The notes under the pieces are model-generated. The model was given only the letters and a program-made list of their open reading frames with translations, did not search any database and had not been told where the DNA came from. DNA of 64,000 bases, taken from positions 558,001-622,000 of the forward strand of contig JALMLS010000577.1 of the NCBI GenBank assembly GCA_038496445.1, read 5' to 3'. Shown here one piece after another: positions 53,797 through 64,000 of the stretch. Positions within the stretch are counted from its first letter, which is position 1. Each line of letters begins with the position of its first letter. Source of the DNA: Trichosphaerium sp. ATCC 40318. Taxonomy: Eukaryota; Protista; Tubulinea. Both the position numbers and the translations under genes were made by a program.

Positions 53797-54780
53797 TAGT
53801 TCTACACTTGAACTTTCATATACTGCACTTACATCTAGAACCTTAAGTGATTTATTTACACACTGGGAAAGGTAAAGTGAATCGCGTTGAACATTTCCAT
53901 TTTAATGGCAAAGTGAACGAAAAAAAAAACAACACAAAAAAAGAACCACTCAAAAAAATTCACGTGACACACACCACCAGCCATACAAAAAATGTTTACA
54001 ACAGTTATATCTACAAGTAGGTTAAATGTACCAAGCCTAAGCTGTTACATGAAGCATTCGACATCTACAATAAACAAAGAAAAAAAGGCTGCTGAGCAAC
54101 CACCCAAGCGCGTTGTACGTTCATTTACAACCCCAAACTTTTGAAAAAAAGTTGATGATCTTATTTTGTTCGAGTTCTTGGCGGAGCCTTGTTTTAGGAT
54201 TTTACGCCTCAAACACCACGTTGTGTTTGGCACAGTCTGGTTACAACAAAAATATTACCATACATGTTTACGCACGTGTTCACTAAATATCTGTAGTATC
54301 CAATAGAGCTATTCACACTACGCTATGCCCCTTCTTTAAACAGGTATTTTGGAACTAATACAAGGCCTATTCTTTTCGCTCTTTGCATGACTACACACCT
54401 TCAAATTGGCGTAAAACCGACAAGGGAAGTGAATGTTTTTCAAGTAACGTACGGCAAGTTTGCCCAACATTTTCGTTCAGGGTTGTGCCCTGGTAGGGCA
54501 GGGTAACCCTGGGGAAGGTTATTGGAAAAAAAACTAACAATTCACTTTTTGGTAAATCCGTTTCAAGCACGTGCTAATTTGTGTAGAAACCATGACCAAT
54601 TCATGCTTGGGATATCGCTATTTACGTCTAAGAAGTTCAAAAAACCAACGAGCGAGTATAGCACGTACAGGTCGCTTGCCAGGTAACGGAAGAACAAAAA
54701 AAAATTCACTTTTTATTTCGAAATGGTACCCATCCGTTATTTTGTTCTTCTCTTCGTAGTTTTTATTCTATTTATTTAGA

Positions 54781-54972
54781 TGGGTGGACATGCTCGATGC
54801 ACGAAAAAGAGGGCGTCAATGGAGATATAAAGTACGAAATAGTGAGCTAGAGAGATGGTGGGCTGTCAGAGATGAAGTACGAGATTTGTTATCTACACCT
54901 TTGAATGTTGAATGGATTTGGTCCCATGACGGGCAACAATTTAACATGGAGATCCCTTCTTTCGATTTTTAC
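54781..54972 (+). pseudogene. Possible RNase H-like fragment
   Basis: VEWIWSHDGQQFN resembles the RNase HI W+.xH.G...N motif, but the following E.AD and the N-terminal DG motif are not found. Confidence 0.3.
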
Positions 54973-55380
54973 GTATGTTTGGACTCAGTGTCGTGGGCTG
55001 CGTCCTTATAATAACCAAAAACGGTGATTGTGTACTTCTATAAAATTATATGTAAAAAGTTAAAATTAACTATTATTAAAAACCATATTACAAGCTACGC
55101 CAGTTTTTCCAAGCACGTGTTGCAAAAGTAGACTCGAACAGGCAATGATACGAAAACCAGTTTCGCAGCCACATAACATAACCAATTATAATAAAGCGCT
55201 GGTTAGTGTAGTAATGCATATTTATAGCTATCGAATGTTGGGTGTCCAGTTGTTAAACACTACTCTAGCGAGATAGAATTGTATTAGAATGTAGAGCGCC
55301 GGAACAACCGCATCTTCCCTTGAAAAGAGATTGTCACTTACTTCAAATAGGCCAGGGTTACAGGTGACAGTATTTTTGTT

Positions 55381-57374
55381 TTACACTTTTTTAATAGCGA
55401 TAGAACAATTTGTTCCACCAAAACCAAAAGAATTCGTTAATACAGCCTTTGACTGTTTCTGTATAGCAGTATTAGGTATATAGTTCAATGTGAATCCTTC
55501 TTCGAGAGTATCAAGGTTTAGAGTAGGTGGTAACTCTCCCTGAAACAGCAGGTAAGCAAAACTCAGACATAGTAAGAAAAAAATAAGAATTACCTTTTCC
55601 ATTGCCAAAGTGGCAAAAATTGCTTCTACAGCTCCTGCAGCTCCTTGCAAGTGACCAATAGCGCCTTTTGTAGAAGAAACATATAAATCTTTTTCACAGT
55701 TAGCAAATACTGTCTTAATTGCTTGATTCTCTATGCGATCACCTAAAGAGTGAATAAGTTTTTGAAAAGCTAACTTCTTGGTATTACCAAGTGGTGTGGA
55801 GGTCGCATGAGCGTTAATGTATCCAATATCTTCCGGCTTTAATCCTCCAGATTTCATAGCACCATTCATTGCTCGAATTGCGCCATCACCGCTTGCATGG
55901 GGTTGTGTAATATGAAAGGCATCACCTACAAAGAAAGCGTCAACCACTGTATTAAGTTAAGAACCAAAACGAACCTGAGTAACCGTATCCTGCTACTTCA
56001 CCATAAATATGAGCACCACGTTTTTTAGCATGTTCATATTCCTAACAAATTAATCCTCTAAAAGAATGTAGTATTATGCACCTCAAGTGTGACAATGCCA
56101 GCGCCCTCACCAATAACAAAACCTGATCTATCTTTATCAAAAGGACGCGATGCTTTTTCTGGTTCGTCATTGAAAGAAGAAGTTAAAGCACGTGCTCTAG
56201 ATGTTATAAGAACAAAACACCTTCCAAAGTCTAAACAAATTCCTCGTACCGTGCAAACCCTGCCATGACAATCTCGTTGTTAGGTGCTTCAGAGGCACCA
56301 GCCATCATGAAATCGGCGTCACCATACTTAATAAACCTTACTTCAAAGTTACAAAAGGCACACTGGATGTAGTAGAATGTACCGAACAGCATCTGCTATT
56401 GCATGCCCACCTGTTGCACAAGCTGTTGCGCAAGAGTGGTTAGGTCCCTTGTACAGTATTTAACTTAATTTTGTGGACTATGTATTACCTTTAAACCATA
56501 CTGTATACTTAGTACACCAGCAGCCATATTTGTGAGAATTCTGGGTAAGAAAAATGGTGACACTCTTTTGAAGCCCTTTGGTTGGATTAAGACCGAAAGT
56601 AATGTTATAAATAGTATCGCACCTTCTCATCATATATCTTAACAGTCTTTGTAATATCGTGGCATATTCCTACAGCACTACCACCAACAGCAATACCCTT
56701 AGAGCACAAAGTGTTACCAAGGTTTTTCAAAAAAAGAGATAAAACAATTATCATACTGCACGTGTTCGCTCTTCCTCAGTTTGTGGTGCCCAACCACAAT
56801 CGTCCATAGCCATTTTGGCTGCTGCCATTGCATACCGAGAAAATGTGGCGGCTTCTGAGCGAAACTAAGGCAGTGAGTTTGGTGAAGTTCCGTTGGTAGA
56901 AAAGTATGATAAACGCACTTTTTTAGGTATCCAATCTTCGTCGTTATACTCCCCAGGGTTATTTCCTTGTGGAATGCTTGCAGCTAGCACGCTTTGGTTA
57001 GTTTTTTAAAGTAATAATTTCGAATTGACATGATAGGCATCAATAATGGCATAAACAGTACTTTTGCGCGTAAGAGCGGTATTTGAAGGTGCGTACCGAT
57101 TTTAACTGGCAATTGTGACGTATCAAACGTTGTAACCTTTTCAACGGCACTACAATATCATTAGCAAGGTACGAAGCCTAAACCGAAGTAGTTACCATTT
57201 TGATGCCACCAGGTTGCTCCATGACTCTTTCACGCCAACACCCAACGGCGTAACTAACCCGAGACCAGTTATTACAACTCTACGTCCACTATGTTGTGAA
57301 TAGCATCGTGTCACTGTATTATGTTGTGATGGGCGTTGTGCGATACTACGGTGGCCAAGCGTTCTTGATAGCAT
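55381..57374 (-). CDS. OXSM: Mitochondrial beta-ketoacyl-ACP synthase (FabF/OXSM-type), 13 exons
   Basis: Presequence-like N-term, RRVVITGLG, catalytic [41 protein letters not shown]. Confidence 0.96.
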
Positions 57375-57632
57375 CCAAAATACAGCCAACAAACCTTCTA
57401 TTAAGTTTTTATTGTGATTTCATTGATTTTGGTCATTCACTGATTTCTACGAATTCATTTGCAATGGGATTAGCGGAAGTTGATAATCTGCACGTGGAAC
57501 AGGAAACGAAGTCTTAGTAGGAGTCTTGTGGACGTTCGGGTTTGGTGCAAAGATACTAGCTCTTAGAAAATAGACAAGACTTTTTTTCTTTTTTTTGAGA
57601 ATTTTTTTTTACTTACAATACAATTACTTTTC

Positions 57633-59614
57633 TCATATACCTACGTACACATGACCTGATCCATCTAATTGTTCAGCATAGGTATTCTTTATGACAGAGT
57701 TAATACTCCTGTCTTCCTCTTGCTCTTCGACTTCAAAATTAAATAAAACATCATCCATAGCAGACCAATCTTGCTTCTCATTCTGTTTGGCTTTTACTTT
57801 TTTCTCTTCCCAATATGATGCCATCTTTATTACAATAAGATAAAATTATACTACAATACAATAGCAAAATATGGAGTAAAAAATAAGGAAATAACTCAAA
57901 GTGGAGAGGAAGAAGGTTTCACTTTAAAACAAAAAGTTAAAGTCGCTTTTCTCGAAATTCAATTTCCTTCTTACCGTGCCAAAGTTGAACATCATGATAA
58001 GCATGTGCACCATTAATACGATGCGTACAATCAATGCAATAACAGAAACAAATATGAAAATAATTGAGAGCGCTCTGATATGGTACTTGTTTTCTTTTGC
58101 CAATGACTTTGCTGTTAAAACAAATTGTTAGTTTTCTTTGTCTTATTTTTTGAGTCGCACATGTAATTATTTGGACGTAGTAGAATACGCAATACCCAGG
58201 TAGAATCCAACATATACCAACGCAAGTCCAAGACATAGCAGAGTTCTCTTTTTTAAGCTATAATTAAACTGTTAAGCGCTGTGGCAACAATCGAATAAAA
58301 ACAACAAAAAAAAAGAAAACAAAACTTACACCAAACCAAGCCAATACGAAAAACAATATTGTAAAAAACAAAGATCCAAGGTCAAGAGCAAGTCTCCAAT
58401 CCCTTTTAGAGACGTAAGAATTAATATAAAACCAAGAATCTGGAAAACACAAAAAAAAATATCTTTCATACTTGTTGAAGACTCCTTCGCCAGACATGAA
58501 AGATACGAGTATAAAGAACTCTAGATCCAATAATAACAATGCACGACATTTTAATAGAGTCAAGTATACATCTAAGGAAGAGTATTAAAGCTTTTTAATC
58601 GCGATTTCTTGAAAAAATGAAAAAAAAATACGTTTGAATTTAGTGTCAGCGCCAATCTTCCTGTATAGTCTCCATGCGTATTCTTGGTATAGAGGATATG
58701 CGTAAATAATATTAAGAACAAAAAATAATGATGTTGAAATGATAGTTGTCCAATCAATCCAATCTACAAGGAATTATCAATGTTGGAATGTCGTTAATCA
58801 TTTTAGTTGTGTTCACAACAAAAAAAGGCAAAAGGAAAAGTTTTGCCGTACCATTTGGAAAAGGCTCAAAGAATCTCCAGTAGGCGTATCCAGTATTAAC
58901 TATAGTAGAAGAAGCTGCAGTATATAGAGCGTAGAGATTCGAATACCACAACTAGAAAGCAAGAATTCAGGAAACATTTCCATAACGTGCACCACAAAAA
59001 AAATAAAAACCAATAGCAAGTCGTACACCATAAAATAGCTGAACGAGCAACAGAACCGAAAAAACGATGTTCAATATTCCTTTGTTGATACTAAACAAGC
59101 GTAAGATTCACGATTTACGCATAAGTATAGTGCGTTGAGTGCAGTGTAAGTGAGCGTACCTGAATTCTCTTTCACACTTTTGAGAAACACCGTTTATTGA
59201 TGGACACTTGTCACCTTCGCCTGTGAAGATAGTAATGCAAGCGATGACAAGCCATAGAGCAACCATAATGATTGTTGTATAGAGAACGACCTGCAATCAT
59301 TAGTAAATAGTGCGAGCTTCGTTGTAGTGGTGAAAAAAGAACCTTTGAAGCTCTGCCCATATTATTATACCGCTTTAGCAGATTTGATACAAATTCTGCA
59401 GGGCTAGGAGTGTCTATTAACGTTGTAAAAGGAACTGATTATTTGCGGTTTAAACATTATTTGAAAGCATGCGCAAAAGCTGACACCGCGCGATCACTGT
59501 GCGTGGTGGTGAGTATATGACGTACTTGAAGGACTCTGTTGTTTTCGTGCTTTTTGTACCGGTATTTCCCGGTTCAGTGTCCCCATTTTCATCAACGAGT
59601 AGTTTCTCGTCCAT
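57633..59614 (-). CDS. Multi-pass membrane protein of unknown family, multi-exon
   Basis: MDEKLLVDE... start, several hydrophobic exons, acidic C-tail; internal exon structure only partly resolved. Confidence 0.6.
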
Positions 59615-59929
59615 TGGTAACGCTTTATGAATGACGTCGGAATAACTTTTAAGTCGGCTGCTAAAACTGCTGTTTACAGCAAGTTAAGGCGTAACCTTCT
59701 GTTTGTGGTCACGATGTTAATGCTAACGGTGCCACTACTACTAATTAATTGAGTTAGAGCTTGTTTCATTTGTGTCAGACATACAAACAATAAGAGGTCT
59801 AAGTCAGGAAAGTACTGGTAGTGCACCTACGTTCCCCATATCCCGTGTAGGCATTATTAGACGGCTTTTCATAAAAATAATCCTGTTTTGTCGTACAGTC
59901 ATAACATTTCATAATTAATGTGCACAACG

Positions 59930-62900
59930 ATGCGGCAACTCCTTGCGCTTTGCATTATTTTATTGGTTTATCATTTACATGCCAGAGGTAGAGCCACCGG
60001 AGATAAATAACACGAGCAACTAATAAAGCCTTTACAGAGTACAGAAATATTACAGGACGCGACACGCAACGCGCTTCTTTAAACGGGAGACATATTGGAG
60101 AAGTTCATTCATCTTTTATTAACAATCTCAATCTACCTCTGTATGCTGATGGTATATACGAACCATCTGGACAAAACCAGAAATCAGCACGAGAAATAAG
60201 GTCATTTTCGTAAAAACTCACCACTTACTAACGCCGTAAAGTAATCGTTTGGCAGAGATACCATCAGCAGGTCCTAACGAGAACTTTGTTAACTTGCTTC
60301 ATTTGTTTTGGGGAGAAGCTATTAACCATGACATGGATGAGACTCCTCAAACGTCAACACAGCCTCTAGCCATTAAGGTGCCTTCTTGTGATAGATTTTT
60401 CGGAGCACCTTCACACTCACCTTCTACTGGTTTCTATACAGGCGTAGCTAAGGCAAGTATCAATGAAAACGAAGTTTATCGGGTAGTTTCGTAAGAAAAA
60501 AAAAACCTAATTGCCGAAATTAGACGTATATTGGCGGTTGCAACAGTACCTCTGCAGATTTGATAGAAGCACCTACTGGATGTACAGGATTCCAAGCTAG
60601 TATAGCTTTTCAAAGGTCTAAAATTGCTGTGGGTACGTTTTAAACTGTAATCTTTTTTCTGCTGTTGTTTTTTTGAAGTTTTCCGAAAACAGGCGCTAAA
60701 AATAAAGTAAATAGGAACTGGAACTTCTACCCCAAGACTGCCTCCAAATGAAGTATCACATTACCTCGATTTATCTTGGATGTATGGATCAACTGAAACA
60801 CCTTCTTCTGTTAGTGGGTGCAAGTTTGAATTCACAACTTATGAGTAAGTTTGCCGCATTCCTTCATCTGTCACAGTGTTCATTGATGATCTCTTTAGAG
60901 AACCTGTATCTCGTGCACGTCTTCAAGGATGGTTTAGAGTTACTGGCGATGTGAGAATTAACCAAGTAAGAAAAATTTAAGAGAAGAGATCTTCGTACTA
61001 AACGAAGTTGCTTAGAACCCTTTGGCTTACGCTATTCATGAAATTTTCATACGTGAGCATAATAGACTTTGCGATGAGTATTTCGAATCAAATCCAGATT
61101 GGACTGATGAAGTACGATACCAAGAAGTACGCCGTATGGTTATTGCTATGTGGCAGAAGATATCATCACGAGAGTACTTGTCAGCTTTGCTAGGTACTTA
61201 ATTCGAAGTGATGGTACTTTTATTGACAGTGCTATTTAAAGGTGAACCATTACCGCCATACACTGGCTATAATTCTTCTGTTGATCCACGTGTCGATGTT
61301 TTCTTTGCCACAGTTGCTTTCAGATACGGGCACGCTGCAATGCGGAGTCAACTTGAACGAGTTGACAACAACAATGATGAGATACCGGAAGGACATATTT
61401 TACTCCGAGACGTTTTCTGGAAGCCTGGCCAGTTCTTACACAAACTACAAAGCAGCGAGCATGATATGATTGCTTCCTATTTAAGGTACACTTTGGGCTA
61501 TTTTATGTTTAACTCACCGCCGTTCTAGAGGCTCCGCTAATCAAAGGGAGGGCAGTGTATGGCGCAATCAATTATTTCCAGTATAGATTGTTAACAAGGT
61601 TGGTAGGTTGGGCCAAAACTGGTGGACGATTTGAGGAATTTTCTCTTTTTAGATGATAAGAACGGTCTAGATCTGTTATCTATTGATATTCAAAGAGGAA
61701 GAGATCACGGCATGCCACCTTACAATTCTGTAAGGCAACGCTTAGGATTAGCACCAGTATCTTCTTTCTCAGAGATATCGAGCATGCCGGAGATTGTATC
61801 GGCACTACAAGAGCTATACGCAACTGTTGATGATATTGACGTGTGGGTTGGATGTGTTTGTGAAGGTACAAAGTTCATTATACGGTTACCGGGATAACAT
61901 ACCTTCTAGATCATATTCAAGGAGCGAGCGTTGGAGAGACTTTCCATGCTGGTATTATAGAACAGTTTCTTCGCACAAGAGATGGAGATAGGTAAGTGGT
62001 TTTTTTCTATGTCCACTTTCTCAAACTGTACTAGGTTCTGGTATGAGAATCCGGATCAATTCACGACTGAAGAGATTAATACTATCTACGGAACAACATT
62101 ACATGATCTTGTTACACGTAACTTTGATGTGAGTACAGAAGCATTCCCGTTATCTGGCTTCTTTACACTCAACAGACAGCTTGAAAACCTAGGTACCTGT
62201 CTTCCGAAACTACATATCAATCTAACAAAGTTATGTAGCTTCTACAACCTTCTTTGAAGAGTTTCCTTCAAGTTTCGATGAAGTGATTGACTTGTCTTCG
62301 TTGTATAGACTTGCATACAGGTAAGCTTGCTCGGAATCATAAATTCATTCTTATTTTTTTCTTTCTAAAGGATTGATGAGAATGAGTACGAACTTGAGAT
62401 AATGCTTCAAACGAAAACGACCGGATGGGTTGGTATTGGTTTAGAACCATACGAAAACACAATGAAGGATGCAGGTACAAGATAAAAGTCAAAAAATGTA
62501 TATTCACGTCTACTACTTGTAGATATTATTTTATGTCGCACCCTCGAGAACGGTACAGGAATATGCGATGATAGATATGCTGTTGATGTTGGAATACCAA
62601 CACTTGATACAGGTAAGAGTCCTAGTGCCATGTAACACTTATATGTTGTTAGATCTTGGCGGATCAAATGATATTGTTATGATTTCTGGAAAAGTGGAGA
62701 AAGGAAGATCGTACGTTTTGACAGTATTTGCTTGGAGTGTGTTTTACTTACAACGAATATTGTAGTTTGTACAGGTTTATAAGACCATTAAAAGCCACAG
62801 ATGATAAACTAGATAAGTCAATAGATCCACGAGATATGAAAGTTATTTTTGCTTTTCACCCGACATCTTCTGATCTAAAATATCATGGACCGTCAAGGTC

Positions 62901-64000
62901 AAGTTCTATAATGATTAACTTCCACGAAGGCAAGTAAAATCATTCCTAATAATTCAGTCACCAAAACCTTCTTGAGATTTTGTGTAGTACTGTAAAACAT
63001 GCAAGTATCTAACTTCTTTTTTTAGTTCTACTTTTAGATAAGGTTTCCCCTGCTATTGTATGGACTTCTGTAGTAGTAGCATCAGCAGGCGTTTTGCTAT
63101 GTATTTTCATCGCAATAACTATGGCTCTGTTTCCTAAATACTTTCACTACCAAGATCTCGTACGCGCTTTGTAAACAGAACCCTGTTTTTTTCCTTATTT
63201 TTTTGAACTAGGTCTTTTGTTCTATTATATTGATTGGCGTGGTTTTTGCCATGATGACTACTTTTATTGAACTTCCAGATCAATCTGAACTAACGTGCAC
63301 GATAATAACATGGTTTTTGGGATACGCCTTCGTTTGTGTCTTTGGGTACGATACTTTCCTTGTTGCCTTGTTTTCTGCTTCGCATTTTATTCTCACGTCA
63401 CATAGTTCTTTATTTGGACGTACATGGAGGATATGGCGTATAGTAAGCGGAGGAAAAAAAATCAAAGTAGTCAGGGTAACCAGGCTAGATGTTTTACAGG
63501 TACAATCATTCAACTATTTACGTAAGCTTGTTAAAAAACCAACTTTGTTCTTAGGTTATTGGAGCATTATTTGTTTTTGAGAGCATTTTCCTTATAATAT
63601 GGACCATAGTCGACCGTCCCACACCCACAAGAAGTACGATTAACTAGTTTTTATCACGTACAATGACCTCTCTGATAAAATATTTAGCTGGTAGTAAATC
63701 TATATGCATGAGTAGGTCTCTATGGTGGTGGGGATTTTTTACATTATATAAAGTCTTGTTTCTATTTATTGGAGTTGGCCTTGTACGCACCTCCCTCTTT
63801 TTGAGTTTCTAATGAATCTAATGATATAATATTAGGGTATTAAGACTAGGAAGTATGCCAAGGAATTCAATGACTCAAAGGAGATTGGATACTGTATTTT
63901 TGTTATCACGTTTACAATTATGATTGTTGGTCCTATTGGGTTTTTCCTTCGTGATATCATCTTTGCAGTATATTTGTGCTTATCACTAGGTACTAGCACT
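59930..64000 (+). CDS. Heme peroxidase + DOMON + class C GPCR 7TM fusion protein, truncated by window end
   Basis: Signal peptide; FWGEAINHDM, GDVRINQN, REHNRLC, FRYGH, IQRGRDHG; DOMON GWVGIG..TMKDADII..YHG; 7TM SLFGRTWRI, YKVLFLFIGVGL, KTRKYAKEFNDSKEIG. Confidence 0.9.

Noticed and set aside
39393-64000. RGS gene and GPCR fusion as a linked signalling cluster
   Set aside because: About 20 kb apart with unrelated genes between; no evidence of functional linkage

Overview
Gene-dense, AT-rich eukaryotic (protist) DNA with many short spliceosomal introns (donors mostly GTAxGT/GTACGT, CTAAC-like branch points). Gene content (FHA-parvulin, class C GPCR, fungalysin, ependymin-like protein) suggests an amoebozoan-like organism; that is inference. 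I assembled exons by hand into about 27 protein-coding genes, one intronic tRNA-Asp and several decayed fragments. Most notable: (1) a gene fusing a signal peptide, an animal-type heme peroxidase with altered heme-linking residues, a heme-type DOMON domain and a class C (GABA-B-like) GPCR 7TM domain, i.e. a candidate heme/peroxide-sensing receptor (runs off the window end); (2) an NADP-IDH whose stop codon sits inside two overlapping splice donors, one giving a cytosolic end and the other a PTS1 (-ARL) peroxisomal end; (3) a spliced RGS-domain gene nested antisense in a 1.7 kb intron of a CUE/Smr gene; (4) an intron-rich phage/kinetoplastid PolIB-D-like family A DNA polymerase with a degenerate proofreading domain; (5) a sirtuin lacking the zinc subdomain and carrying a +1 frameshift at CAA-TGA. 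Exon boundaries and family calls come from motif recognition, not database searches.
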